Assembly: GCA_000806155.1 (NCBI GenBank)
Contig: JWKX01000006.1
Span: forward strand, 4,446-68,445
Direction: 5' to 3'
Length of the DNA stretch: 64,000 nucleotides
From: an archaeon GW2011_AR18
GTDB taxonomy: Archaea > Nanobdellota > Nanobdellia > SCGC-AAA011-G17 > GW2011-AR18
Shown here: piece by piece, positions 49,795 to 60,581 of the stretch
Position numbering within the stretch: position 1 is the stretch's first letter
Layout of the letters: each line of letters starts with the position of its first letter
Notes under the pieces: model-generated
Told to the model about the DNA's origin: nothing
The model's input: only the letters and a program-made list of their open reading frames with translations
The model's database searches: none
Translations under genes and position numbers: made by a program

Positions 49795-51300
49795 ATGGTT
49801 TTAACATGTCTTGATGATATTATTAAGGAACAAGATGATTCTTTTGATGCAGATTCTAAATACATAAAACTTTCTTTGCAAAAGCTATTTTACTCATTGA
49901 CAGGAAATTATGATGAGCTGATAAAAGTAAAAAAGAAATTAATAGGTCTAAGTGAGAATGTTGGTGATGAGATAGAACGCATTTTATCTTTGGGTGATTC
50001 TTATTATAATTCTGATAAAAAACATGCTTATCAATGTTACAGGAAAGCTTTCTCTCTTTTTGAAGAGAACTTCTCTGATCTTAGGAATAATAATGAATTA
50101 AGCTTTTTTGGCAATATTAAATATTTTTATTTATTAGGAAAGGCTTATTTAAGAAAAGATTATTTAAGAAAAATTGTTGATAGTGAAAAGGATTTCATTA
50201 ATTTAGCATTGCTTAATGGAATTGATAAGGATATTAAAAATTCAGGATTTGGCGATGGTGGTCTGCATGTTAAAGATTCATTTACTTTTTCTTATTTTAT
50301 AGGAAGATTGCATGATATTTATGGTAATAAAGAGTTAGGTAAAAGAAAAAAATTGGAAGCTGCAAAAAAAGCTTTAGAAAATAATCCTGTTAATGATATT
50401 GCTGGAAATAAGAATGCTGTTTTTACTGTTGAAGATAATTTTTTAGGTTCTGAGATTATCTATAAAAACCAGTCCTCTGAAGGTTTATCTAGAGAAATTT
50501 CTATGGCTGAGCAGATAGGCTCTATTATCTCTTCCAGGAATGATTGTTCTACTATTAAGCCTATTGGTGAAATTGAACATGATAAAAAAAAATATTATAT
50601 TATGGAGCAGGCTTCTGGTTCTACTTTAGATCAAAGAATTAATTCAGGTGATGTCTCTGTTGATGATTTCTGCAGGATTGCTGATGTTCTTGGTTTATTG
50701 CATGCAAGAGTTAAAGGGGATTTTGTTGAACGTGATGTTGCTGTTAATATTAAAGAGAGGATTTCAAGGATCTGCTCTTCTGGTTTTGTTGATGCATTGA
50801 TGTATAGTATTGAACCAGCAATTTCTAGTCTAGAGGACATAATTAGGGTTTATAACAAGGATGCTCACTCTAGAAATTTTAAATTAGATGAATTAAATAG
50901 GGTAGTAATTCTTGATACTGAAGGTGAACGTAAAGCCCCTATTGTTTTTGATGATACAAATCTTTTAGATCAGCATTTATTCTTGGATTATGAACAGAAA
51001 AGAGAGATTATGAGAAGACATTGGGATAGTTTCAATGAAAATTCTGATGTCAAGATTATTGATTATGATAAATACGAATTAGCTTATCTTAATTCCTCTA
51101 TTCTTAGAGCTTTAGAAATATATGAACAGGCTGTAAGGATTAATAATCATTTTATTAAGGATTCAACTATGACTAATGCTATTACCTCTCTTAGGATTAT
51201 TGAAGAAAAATTCCCTGACTATTATGAAAAATATGCTGATAATTACAAAATTCTTTCTGAATCTTTACATCATCTTGCTAAAACATCATTTAATAGGTGA
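49795..51300 (+). CDS. Kinase-like (APH/ChoK-fold phosphotransferase) domain protein
   Basis: KDAHSRNFKLD...VVILDTEGERKAPIVFD resembles the catalytic loop plus DFE-like motif. Weak call. Confidence 0.35.
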   Translation: MVLTCLDDIIKEQDDSFDADSKYIKLSLQKLFYSLTGNYDELIKVKKKLIGLSENVGDEIERILSLGDSYYNSDKKHAYQCYRKAFSLFEENFSDLRNNNELSFFGNIKYFYLLGKAYLRKDYLRKIVDSEKDFINLALLNGIDKDIKNSGFGDGGLHVKDSFTFSYFIGRLHDIYGNKELGKRKKLEAAKKALENNPVNDIAGNKNAVFTVEDNFLGSEIIYKNQSSEGLSREISMAEQIGSIISSRNDCSTIKPIGEIEHDKKKYYIMEQASGSTLDQRINSGDVSVDDFCRIADVLGLLHARVKGDFVERDVAVNIKERISRICSSGFVDALMYSIEPAISSLEDIIRVYNKDAHSRNFKLDELNRVVILDTEGERKAPIVFDDTNLLDQHLFLDYEQKREIMRRHWDSFNENSDVKIIDYDKYELAYLNSSILRALEIYEQAVRINNHFIKDSTMTNAITSLRIIEEKFPDYYEKYADNYKILSESLHHLAKTSFNR

Positions 51301-51361
51301 ATAGAGTTTATTTAAGGCTAAACAAAAAACTTTTAAATAGATTCTTCCACTCAGTTGAAAA

Positions 51362-51652
51362 ATGGATGTGAAAATTAGTTTTAACACAGAAAAAGAGTCT
51401 ATTGATGATCTTAAGAAATTGATTTCTGCTTTACAGGATTTAGTTAATAAGAGAGAAAAAGCTTCAGTTAATAATATATATACAAATAATTCAAAACCTC
51501 AGCCTGTTCAAATGCCTAAGATAGAAAATGTTCAACAATCACCTCCTAGACAATCTAATTCTTCTGAAACTAGTGCTGGTGGCGGCAGATTGACTCCTTA
51601 TATTGATATGTCTGATACTATGTCTAGATTATTCTCTGGTGGTAAAGTTTAA
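51362..51652 (+). CDS. Hypothetical protein
   Basis: ORF of 96 aa. Confidence 0.3.
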   Translation: MDVKISFNTEKESIDDLKKLISALQDLVNKREKASVNNIYTNNSKPQPVQMPKIENVQQSPPRQSNSSETSAGGGRLTPYIDMSDTMSRLFSGGKV

Positions 51653-51699
51653 CTAGATTAATTTTAAATGCAATTTTTCTTAGATTAATTTAATAATTA

Positions 51700-52065
51700 T
51701 TATAATACAGCATCACTATCTCCAGAACTGTAATATTCTAAAGTTCTATCATTTAAGTCAGTTGATGATGCATTTGTTCCTACAAGCATCTCTTTTTCTT
51801 GTCTTCCTAATATATGATCTAAAGCCTCAGTATCTAACATTTCTCTATTATTTGATACATCAACTATCTCTCTTATTGTATGAAATAATAATCTTTGATT
51901 AGTTGTATTATTTTTATAGATAATTTTATATCCATTAAGGTTTCCACTTTTTAATAATATTTCACCTTCATTATCACTAAATCCAAAAATATGCTTATAT
52001 TTTCTATCACCGTTAACAACACTCTCCTTCTCTAGAACATATACAATAATATCGTATTGTTGCAT
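51700..52065 (-). CDS. Hypothetical protein
   Basis: ORF of 121 aa. Confidence 0.3.
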   Translation of the reverse strand: MQQYDIIVYVLEKESVVNGDRKYKHIFGFSDNEGEILLKSGNLNGYKIIYKNNTTNQRLLFHTIREIVDVSNNREMLDTEALDHILGRQEKEMLVGTNASSTDLNDRTLEYYSSGDSDAVL

Positions 52066-52176
52066 ATTTATTAATGAACATTCTTGCTTATAAAATTATA
52101 TGTTCACTTGTTGATAGGATTATTTTAATTTATAGCTTTAATTACCTTTAAAAATCTTTAGGTTTTATCATCTATT

Positions 52177-52818
52177 ATGGTATTAGATAAAAATCTTATA
52201 GAGGAGATTAAACAAGAATGTGAAGTTGGTTCATTTTTTGATAATCCTGATCATTTGAAAAGATATGGTGTAGGAGAGAAGTTAGGTATAGATATTGATA
52301 GGATTGTAGAAATTTATTGTTTATGCGCTCCTTTTTATGATCATCGTCCTGCAGGTTCATCTTTCAATCCATTTTTTCCACAGATATTTAGAAGGATTAT
52401 ATCAGGTGATGATAGGATGTTAAATTTAGAAAGGAATTCTATGGTTATTTTTCATTACAGACTTAATACAAGAAAGGTTCAAAAAAGAATCAAAAAGTCT
52501 TCAAAAATAACTAAATATTTTAAGGGTTATGATGAAAGTTCTTACACTAAAAGGTTCCGGCAGTTTGGTGAAGCATCAGTCATATATCAAAAGCATATAG
52601 CAACTAGTAGGTACAATGATGCGGAACTTCCATTAATAGTTGGACCTATTGATCTCATGCAGAAAGTAATGGATTCAATAAAAAGTAGTCCTGAGTACAT
52701 TATTGAATTTGAAAATTCTGTTCATCCATTAAAAGAAGATACGTCAAAAGCAAATATTAAAAAAGTTGATATTTACGACCTTTTACAGAAACCTAAATAT
52801 GTTCACTTCGATCTATAG
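52177..52818 (+). CDS. Hypothetical protein
   Basis: ORF of 213 aa. Confidence 0.3.
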   Translation: MVLDKNLIEEIKQECEVGSFFDNPDHLKRYGVGEKLGIDIDRIVEIYCLCAPFYDHRPAGSSFNPFFPQIFRRIISGDDRMLNLERNSMVIFHYRLNTRKVQKRIKKSSKITKYFKGYDESSYTKRFRQFGEASVIYQKHIATSRYNDAELPLIVGPIDLMQKVMDSIKSSPEYIIEFENSVHPLKEDTSKANIKKVDIYDLLQKPKYVHFDL

Positions 52819-52839
52819 TCTTATATAAAAGAAAATAAT

Positions 52840-55269
52840 TTACCTTAATCTTATTGTCTCTAAGTTTTTAGGTGCTACTGTCTCTACTCTGTTCTGTTGA
52901 TATATTACTGAAGCTAATTCTATACATCTTGAATAATCTCCGTGTATTGTTATGAATTTTTTAGGTTTTGGTTCCATATTTCTTACCCATGCTGTTAATT
53001 GCTTGAAATTTGAATGTCCGGAAAATCCAGATAGTGTATATATCGGCAGATTTATTTTTATTGTCTCCATTCTTTTAGATCCGCCATATGTGAATGTTAA
53101 TTCTTTCTCTCCATCTTGTAATCTTCTTCCTATGCTTCCTACTCCCTGATATGATGTTAATACTACACAATTTTTTGGATTCTCTGCAAATGCTTTTAAA
53201 TATTCTAATGATGGTCCTCCTTGTAGCATTCCTGATGTTGCCATTACTATATATGGTCCCTTTCCCTCTTTGATTTCTGTCATCTCTTTCTGTGATATTA
53301 CTTTCTTGAATATTGGACTTAGGAATGGATTATGATCACGTTGGAATATCCCTTTCTTTACTCTGTTGCTTAAGAAGTCAGGATATGCTGTATGTAATGC
53401 AGTTACATCCCATACCATTCCTTGCACATATATCGGCATTTCTGGTATCTTCTTTTCCACCATTGCTCTCTCTAATATTAACATGCACTCTTGTGATCTT
53501 CCTACCCCTAATACAGGCATCAATATTTTTCCTCCAGCTAGTGCTGTCTCATTTATTATTCTTATTAATTCATCCTCGCTCTCTTTTCTTGATGGACTAT
53601 TATCTGCTTTTGTTCCGTATGTTGATTCCATCATTACTGATTCTACTCTTGGGAATTTATCTATTGCAGAACTTAATAAATTTGATGTCTCATAATTGAA
53701 ATCCCCTGTATACAAAAAGTTATGTGCTCCGTTTCCTATATGTAAATGCACCATTGCACTTCCTAGATTATGTCCTGCATTATATAATGTCAATCTCATA
53801 TCAGGAGTTATGTCTGAAACCTCTTCATAGTCTAGGCATATTGTATGCTTTACCATTTCTTTTACATCTCCAGTATCATACAATGGATCATTTCCTTCTT
53901 TCATTGCTATATCACTCATATCTAGACATAATAATGCTGCTACATCTCTTGTCGGTGCTGTGCAATAAACAGGCCCTCTATATCCCATTTTATAGAGATA
54001 AGGTAAAGTGCCGCAATTATGTACTAATATTCCATTTGCAATAAAGTTACTATTATTCGCGACTTTTATATCTACAAGATATTCATATGGATTGTCATAA
54101 ACTTCTATTTCACTAATTTTATAATACGACAAGTCCATATTTTCAAAAAAGCTTTTTCTTTCATGAGTTTCATTAAGTCCTAATATTTCTAAATTTTTAT
54201 TTATCACCTGACATGTTATGGTATTATTTATTTCATCTAATGAAATATTATTTATTGGGATTATCATTCCAACTTTAAGGTCTTTAGCCTCTAATTCCTT
54301 GATTTCCATGTTTTCAATTACAAAGAATTTATGGTTTGGCGAAGCTTCTATGGTATTATAAGGTGTTTTGATATTTATTATTTTTTTATGTGTATATGTT
54401 CTTACTTTTTCTAAACATTCATTTATCTCTTTTTTTCCTGTTTTCAAGTTTATTGTCAATATTTTATCACCTCTATCAATATTATCTATGGGTTTTAATA
54501 TCCCATTTTCCAATTCAACAAGTGTGTCTGCAGGTAAGCAATGGTCTATGTGCGGATGACTTAATATTACTGCATCTAATTCCTGTATATTGAATTCTGG
54601 TACATCTAGATATGGAAAAGCATACTCTCTTGGTGCTGCTACATTAAATCCGCAGTCTAGCATTACTGTTGATTCTGGTGTCTGTATTAGGAAACAGCTT
54701 CTTCCTACTTCCCTTGCAGAACCTAGACATGTCATTCTTACCCATTCATCTCTTTTTGTCTTTGTCCATCCTTCATAGATTCTCTTTCCTACTTTATGTA
54801 AAAATTTTCTTCTGTATTCTGAATTATCATATAATACCTGTCTTATGTTCTCTAATAATTGTGATCTTATTGGTGGTATTCTTCTTACTATAGGTGTCCA
54901 TAATGTCTGGTTTTTTATCTCTTTTAATATCTCTCCCCCTTTTCCTATTGCTATTCCTGGTTTTTCAGCCTCTATTATTACTCTTGACCTGAATGTATCG
55001 AATATTATCTCTGTCTCTCCTGCATCTGCAGGTATTGTTTTCTTGATTAATTCTTTTGTATCTTCTATATCTTTTACTATTGAAGGATCTGCTCTTAACT
55101 CAACTCTTTTTTTTATATTCTCTACTATAGTTTTTATAACACCTTGATTGTCTAGTAAGAATTTCTTGTTCTTTGTATAAAGGACTATGTTTGCGCCCTC
55201 AAATACTGCTTCTGTTATATTCGCATCTTGCGGCAAATACTTGTTTACTTCATCAATTATCTTTACCAT
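52840..55269 (-). CDS. aCPSF1 (KH-domain/beta-CASP metallo-beta-lactamase RNase), intein-containing
   Basis: N-terminal KH region (GIAIGKGGEIL), MBL and beta-CASP domains. HxHxDH motif LSHPHIDH is interrupted before CG. Confidence 0.9.
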   Translation of the reverse strand: MVKIIDEVNKYLPQDANITEAVFEGANIVLYTKNKKFLLDNQGVIKTIVENIKKRVELRADPSIVKDIEDTKELIKKTIPADAGETEIIFDTFRSRVIIEAEKPGIAIGKGGEILKEIKNQTLWTPIVRRIPPIRSQLLENIRQVLYDNSEYRRKFLHKVGKRIYEGWTKTKRDEWVRMTCLGSAREVGRSCFLIQTPESTVMLDCGFNVAAPREYAFPYLDVPEFNIQELDAVILSHPHIDHCLPADTLVELENGILKPIDNIDRGDKILTINLKTGKKEINECLEKVRTYTHKKIINIKTPYNTIEASPNHKFFVIENMEIKELEAKDLKVGMIIPINNISLDEINNTITCQVINKNLEILGLNETHERKSFFENMDLSYYKISEIEVYDNPYEYLVDIKVANNSNFIANGILVHNCGTLPYLYKMGYRGPVYCTAPTRDVAALLCLDMSDIAMKEGNDPLYDTGDVKEMVKHTICLDYEEVSDITPDMRLTLYNAGHNLGSAMVHLHIGNGAHNFLYTGDFNYETSNLLSSAIDKFPRVESVMMESTYGTKADNSPSRKESEDELIRIINETALAGGKILMPVLGVGRSQECMLILERAMVEKKIPEMPIYVQGMVWDVTALHTAYPDFLSNRVKKGIFQRDHNPFLSPIFKKVISQKEMTEIKEGKGPYIVMATSGMLQGGPSLEYLKAFAENPKNCVVLTSYQGVGSIGRRLQDGEKELTFTYGGSKRMETIKINLPIYTLSGFSGHSNFKQLTAWVRNMEPKPKKFITIHGDYSRCIELASVIYQQNRVETVAPKNLETIRLR
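54016..54540 (-). other. Mini-intein (175 aa, Hint domain only) inside aCPSF1
   Basis: CLPADTLVEL (block A). NTIEASPNH (block B T..H). NSNFIANGILVHN followed by extein C (blocks F/G). Flanked by HIDH | CGTLPYLY. Confidence 0.8.
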
Positions 55270-55299
55270 TGTTTTAATATAAGAAAATAAAATCTATAT

Positions 55300-55980
55300 C
55301 TATGCTACAAATTTATTATCTAATTGTTTTGAAAATACTCTCTTAGTTCCTTCCTTTGTTATAGTTATAACATCCATGCCTGCTCCTGATGCTGTATCTC
55401 TCTGCATTGAAGCTGATACTGCTTTTATAGCTAATTTAACTCCATCATCTATTGATAATTCTTCTTTATAATTTGCTTCTAATACTCCTGTTGCGAATAA
55501 CATTCCTGATCCATCTGTCACATAATCATCGAATTTTGTCAGTGATCCGTCCATTCCCATTTCATATAAATAGAATCCTTCATGATCTTTTCCACCTAAT
55601 AAGAATCCTGTTATCCCTTGTATTGTTGAATATTTTCTTACATTAGCATATACTAAGTTTGCTAGCATATTTGCTACCTCTTTTACTCTTAGTTTTTTTC
55701 CTTTTTTTAATTCATCTAATCTTATCTGTGCTTTGATTAATCTTGTTATTAATTGTACATCTGAAACTAATCCTGCTACTGTCATTGCTAGATCATCTGT
55801 TAATATTATTGCTTTTTCAAATTTCTTGCTGGAAACTATTTGCCCACCTAATGTCATTTTTCTGTCTGCAGCTAATACTATTCCTTCTTTGCATACCATG
55901 CCTAGAGTTGTTGTTCCAGTTGTCTTTAACATTGATTTGTCAAACATTTTCTTATCACTTACCTCTTCAAGAATATTCAT
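55300..55980 (-). CDS. psmB: Proteasome subunit beta
   Basis: TTTLGMVCKEGIVLAADRKMTLG with propeptide. 226 aa. Confidence 0.9.
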   Translation of the reverse strand: MNILEEVSDKKMFDKSMLKTTGTTTLGMVCKEGIVLAADRKMTLGGQIVSSKKFEKAIILTDDLAMTVAGLVSDVQLITRLIKAQIRLDELKKGKKLRVKEVANMLANLVYANVRKYSTIQGITGFLLGGKDHEGFYLYEMGMDGSLTKFDDYVTDGSGMLFATGVLEANYKEELSIDDGVKLAIKAVSASMQRDTASGAGMDVITITKEGTKRVFSKQLDNKFVA

Positions 55981-56026
55981 CTTTAATATTTAAGTTGCGG
56001 AGAACTTTATAAATGTTTTGGTTAAC

Positions 56027-56437
56027 TTATTTTGCTAATGATGTCCTCTTTCCTATTGTATCATTAGAAGCATAAATTTCTTCATATGTAGTTAATGGTT
56101 CATCTCTTTCGTTTTTAACTTGTATTCTTTCATAGTTATGGAATCTTAATCTCTCATCTTGAGGATCTAAATTATCAGTTCTGTGTCCTACATAACCCAT
56201 TGCCTCACCCATATGTCTCGCAAGTTTTCCATTTACATTAGCTAATACTAATTCACTTCTATCCCCTGATTGATAAACCCATAAATATCTCTCACCATTA
56301 ACAACTCCTTTTTCTTGAAAATACATTACTGCAACTATAAATACTGATAAACTATTATCCATTGAGATATTATTTCTCTCAATAAAGTCACTTAATTCAT
56401 CACTTCTTACAAGAAATTTATCCTCTATTTTTTCCAT
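56027..56437 (-). CDS. Hypothetical protein
   Basis: ORF of 136 aa. Confidence 0.3.
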   Translation of the reverse strand: MEKIEDKFLVRSDELSDFIERNNISMDNSLSVFIVAVMYFQEKGVVNGERYLWVYQSGDRSELVLANVNGKLARHMGEAMGYVGHRTDNLDPQDERLRFHNYERIQVKNERDEPLTTYEEIYASNDTIGKRTSLAK

Positions 56438-56493
56438 ATAGAATATAGTAATAATTCCTCATATTTATACTTTATTACAGTAGATTAAAATTA

Positions 56494-56814
56494 TTAAAAT
56501 CTATCAAAAGTGATCTTATAAGGCTTAGTTCCATCTTCTTGTGGTGTTACAGTTAGTTCATCACCCTGTACTAAGTCAGCAATACTTTTTTTATTTTCAG
56601 GCAATATTATAACACCATGGTCTCCTGATGATTCTTCATTTGAACTAAAGTATATTCTTAGACTTTGAGGTGTATAACCCAATAAATGATATTGATTATC
56701 TTTTAAACGCCCAACACTAAATCTATTACACTCTCTCTCTTCAGTATTTGATTGTGAAGAAAAATATCCATGAAACTCATGCCATCCATTTCCTTTCAAA
56801 TTAGGATTTACCAT
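56494..56814 (-). CDS. Hypothetical protein
   Basis: ORF of 106 aa. Confidence 0.3.
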   Translation of the reverse strand: MVNPNLKGNGWHEFHGYFSSQSNTEERECNRFSVGRLKDNQYHLLGYTPQSLRIYFSSNEESSGDHGVIILPENKKSIADLVQGDELTVTPQEDGTKPYKITFDRF

Positions 56815-56929
56815 AAATTTTAATTATATCTTTAATATAAAAAGTTTATTGCAATGTATTACTCTAATCATGAACATCATATTTCAATAGTATAGTAAAC
56901 TTTATAATTAATATAACAATTTTAATATT

Positions 56930-58705
56930 ATGCAAAAAAAGGTGTATAAGGAATCTTTCTGGAATCTTAAAGATTTATTGGAATCTCACGAAGGTAAGGA
57001 ATTTGATGTTGTTCTTGCTGATTTAGAAAAGAAAGTTAAAAAAGTTGAATCTTATAAAAATGTATTAAATAATGATATTAGTTCTGATAAAGTTTTAGAG
57101 ATAATTAAAGATATTGAAGAAGTTGAAAAACTTTGTTCGAAAATTTATGCTTATGCCTACATGTGGTTTTCTACAGACACAAAATCTCAGGAAGCCAGAG
57201 CTTTACAAAATAAAATTAGCCAGTTAGTAGCAGATGTCTCTAATAGAATAATGTTTTTTAGTTTATGGTTCAAACAATTGGATGATAAGAATGCTGATAG
57301 AATAATTAAAGGATCAAATGAATACAAATATTATTTTGAAAAATTGAGGTTGCAAAAGCCTCACACTCTATCTGAGAATGAAGAAAAAATAATAAATATT
57401 AAAGATACTACTGGTAATTCTATTCTTAATAATCTATATAATATTATAACAACTAGTTTCATGTTCGATTTTGTTATTGACGGTAAAGTTAAAAGAATTA
57501 ATTTTAGTGAATTATCTAAATATGTTAGAAGCACTAAAGCTGAGGATAGAAAACAAGCTTATGATCTTTTAATGAATGAATATGAGAAAAATAAGGACAC
57601 TTTAGGTGAAATCTATAAGGCTATTGTTACTGACTGGAAAAATGAGTCTATTAAATTAAGAAAACATAATTCTTATATCTCACCTAGAAATTTAGGCAAT
57701 GATATCAGTGATAAAGCAGTTGAATGTATGCTTAATTCTGTTAAGAAAAACACTAAAGTTTTTCACAGATATTTCAAACTGAAAGCAAAATTATTAGGAA
57801 TGAAAAGATTATCTCGTTATGATGTTTATGCTCCTATTTTTGGTATTGAAAAAGATATTAGTTATAATGAAGCTGTTAATATGGTTCTTGAATCTTATAA
57901 TGAGTTTTCTCCTGAAATGTCATCCATGGCTAAAAAGATTATTGATTATGAACACGTTCACTCAATTACTTCTGATGTTAAGAAAGGTGGTGCTTATTGT
58001 AATGATATTCATCCAGGTATAGTCCCATATGTTTTTGTTAATTTTACAGGTAAGGATAGGGATGTTAGCACTTTGGCTCATGAGTTAGGTCACGGTGTTC
58101 ATGATTTATTAACACATAATCATTCAAGTCTTTTAGCTCATCCTCCATTGATTTTAGCAGAAACTGCTTCTGTTTTTGGAGAGATGATTCTTTCAGACAA
58201 AGTTTTAGAAAAAGAGAAAGATAAAATAAATAAACAAGCATTAATTGCTTCAAAACTTGATGATATTTATGCTACTATTATAAGACAGACTTTTTTTGTT
58301 ATTTTTGAGATGGAAGCTCATAAAGCTATTGATGATGGTGCAACTATTGATAAAGTATGCGATATTTATTTAGCTAATTTAAAAGAAATGTTTGGTGATT
58401 CAATTGATGTTACTGATAACTTTAAAATTGAGTGGGCTTATATCCCTCACATTTTTGCAACTCCTTTCTATTGTTATGCTTATAGTTTCGGTAATTTACT
58501 AACTCTGGCTTTATATCAGATGTACAAGAAGGAAGGCAAATCTTTTGTTCCTAAATATCTTAAATTCTTATCTTATGGTGGTTCTAAGAAACCTTCTGAG
58601 ATTTGTAAAGAATTAGATATAGACCTTGAATCTGAAAAGTTTTGGGATCAGGGTTTTGTTGTTATTAATGATATGATTGATGAACTTGAAGGGTTGACTA
58701 ATTAA
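56930..58705 (+). CDS. pepF: Oligoendopeptidase F (M3B family)
   Basis: HELGHGVH zinc motif. About 590 aa. Confidence 0.85.
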   Translation: MQKKVYKESFWNLKDLLESHEGKEFDVVLADLEKKVKKVESYKNVLNNDISSDKVLEIIKDIEEVEKLCSKIYAYAYMWFSTDTKSQEARALQNKISQLVADVSNRIMFFSLWFKQLDDKNADRIIKGSNEYKYYFEKLRLQKPHTLSENEEKIINIKDTTGNSILNNLYNIITTSFMFDFVIDGKVKRINFSELSKYVRSTKAEDRKQAYDLLMNEYEKNKDTLGEIYKAIVTDWKNESIKLRKHNSYISPRNLGNDISDKAVECMLNSVKKNTKVFHRYFKLKAKLLGMKRLSRYDVYAPIFGIEKDISYNEAVNMVLESYNEFSPEMSSMAKKIIDYEHVHSITSDVKKGGAYCNDIHPGIVPYVFVNFTGKDRDVSTLAHELGHGVHDLLTHNHSSLLAHPPLILAETASVFGEMILSDKVLEKEKDKINKQALIASKLDDIYATIIRQTFFVIFEMEAHKAIDDGATIDKVCDIYLANLKEMFGDSIDVTDNFKIEWAYIPHIFATPFYCYAYSFGNLLTLALYQMYKKEGKSFVPKYLKFLSYGGSKKPSEICKELDIDLESEKFWDQGFVVINDMIDELEGLTN

Positions 58706-58706
58706 G

Positions 58707-59378
58707 ATGTTAAAACTATTAAGAGATGGTGATGTAATTAATTTTATTGGCCATAATTTAGATGGTACTAATAGGATGATTACAGTTTTTGAAGAGTTGG
58801 ATAAATTGGATATCACCCCTCTAATTCATGAATTATCAGAACTTTTTAAAAAATTAGTTATTTTTACTAGAGAGAAAAGATTTTTAGGAATTAAAAGTTT
58901 AGAAAATAATTTTATTAATAAATCTGAAGATTTTAGAGATAAATATGGTAGAAGTGGTATTGCTATTCGTTTTAACAATGATATTTATAATAAAATTGCT
59001 AGATTCAATGATAGAAATATAAAAAGCATATTATTAGTGCTTAGAAATAATATGTTAGTTCCTTTTGCTGACAAAGACTTAACACGTTCCTTTAAAAGTG
59101 ATAGGATTTTAGTAAAAAATATTCATTTAAGTGACAATAAAAGAGCAGTTGAAGTTGAAAGGAATAGATTATGTCGTGAATTAGCTGTTGTGTTTACAAC
59201 TGCAATGAAAGTTTATATATTCTCAAGACAGCAAGAATTAGTTGATTCTTCTGTTAATGCTTTAGAAAGCCCTGATCTTGATAAGTTTGTATTTGGAAGT
59301 TTAGACGAAAGAAAACAACTATTTGAGAATTATATAGATAGGATGATTTTAACAACAATGAGTGTATTACATCTTTAA
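58707..59378 (+). CDS. Hypothetical protein
   Basis: ORF of 223 aa. Confidence 0.3.
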   Translation: MLKLLRDGDVINFIGHNLDGTNRMITVFEELDKLDITPLIHELSELFKKLVIFTREKRFLGIKSLENNFINKSEDFRDKYGRSGIAIRFNNDIYNKIARFNDRNIKSILLVLRNNMLVPFADKDLTRSFKSDRILVKNIHLSDNKRAVEVERNRLCRELAVVFTTAMKVYIFSRQQELVDSSVNALESPDLDKFVFGSLDERKQLFENYIDRMILTTMSVLHL

Positions 59379-60542
59379 TATTTTTATTTTCTTTACTCTT
59401 GTTTTCACTTCTTCATCTTTTATTATTTTCTTGATATATTCTTCTAATTTATTATTCTTATTGATTAACATTACATATGCTTTTCCTTTTTCTGTTTTAT
59501 ACTTTCCATATTTTTTCTTGAAATTCTCTAATCCTTCTTTCATTGTTATTGGCGGCCCATAATGTTTTTTGTATTTTGGTAGTTTCTTATTTTTTATATT
59601 AAAATATACTTTTCCTTTTTCTTTGAATTCAAATTCTGTATTTTTTATCTCATATCCTTCATTTTTTAATTTATGTTCAATATATTCATGTACTTTCAAT
59701 ATTTTTGTTCCTGCTACATCTCTTGATCCTTCTAATGGTTCAGCTTCTATTATTAAGTTATATTTTTTCTCGTTTATTTTTTGTTCTTTGAAATATTTTA
59801 ATGATTTATTTTTATTAAAGTCTTTGCAGGTTTTTATGAATAAGTTTAATTTTTCTTCTGATAATGATGCTGTTGCATTTCTTTTTGGATTTACTGGATC
59901 TATTAAAACTAAAGGAAAGTGTTGTTCTGAATAAAATTCATTTTTTCCAAAGTTTATCAGCATATTTTCTCTCCATTTGGAAACATTTTTTACCATATTT
60001 AAGAATGATCCGTAATGGTAGATTAATATCTCTAATACATACCCATGTAATCCTTTGATAAAAGTCTCAGCTCCATAGAATTTATTTGCTTTAGAAAATT
60101 GTTTTGCTATCCTTACATCATCTTTCATCTTATCTGACAGATTTTTATTCACCCATTCTACATGTAATGGACTTATATCTGTTATATTTTTAGCTTCTAT
60201 TGAACTTTTTATTTTTAATACTGGTATTACCTCAAATATTATTTTCTCGAATTCTATTATGAAATAATCTCTTGATCCATGTATTCTCTGGTATTTTCTA
60301 AAAGTTTTTTTTATTGCTGTTTCTAATTTATCTGATATTTTTTCTTCATTTGGATATTGTACAAATATATCTAGATCATGTTGTCCTCTTAACCATGTTC
60401 CTTTTGCAAAACTTCCTCCGACAACTATTTTTCCTTCTTTCAGATTATCATTTAATGATCTTAGGAATATTGCAACTTTAGAATTTAGTTCCTCTTCCTC
60501 TTTTTTTGTAGGTTTTATCTCTTTTAATATGCTTTCAAACAT
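59367..60542 (-). CDS. cca: CCA-adding enzyme (class I archaeal tRNA nucleotidyltransferase)
   Basis: VVGGSFAKGTWLRGQHDLDIFV NTase motif. About 390 aa. Confidence 0.75.
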   Translation of the reverse strand: MFESILKEIKPTKKEEEELNSKVAIFLRSLNDNLKEGKIVVGGSFAKGTWLRGQHDLDIFVQYPNEEKISDKLETAIKKTFRKYQRIHGSRDYFIIEFEKIIFEVIPVLKIKSSIEAKNITDISPLHVEWVNKNLSDKMKDDVRIAKQFSKANKFYGAETFIKGLHGYVLEILIYHYGSFLNMVKNVSKWRENMLINFGKNEFYSEQHFPLVLIDPVNPKRNATASLSEEKLNLFIKTCKDFNKNKSLKYFKEQKINEKKYNLIIEAEPLEGSRDVAGTKILKVHEYIEHKLKNEGYEIKNTEFEFKEKGKVYFNIKNKKLPKYKKHYGPPITMKEGLENFKKKYGKYKTEKGKAYVMLINKNNKLEEYIKKIIKDEEVKTRVKKIKILKM

Positions 60543-60581
60543 TATAATTATTCTCTTCTACTCAGTTATAAGTTTTTCTTA

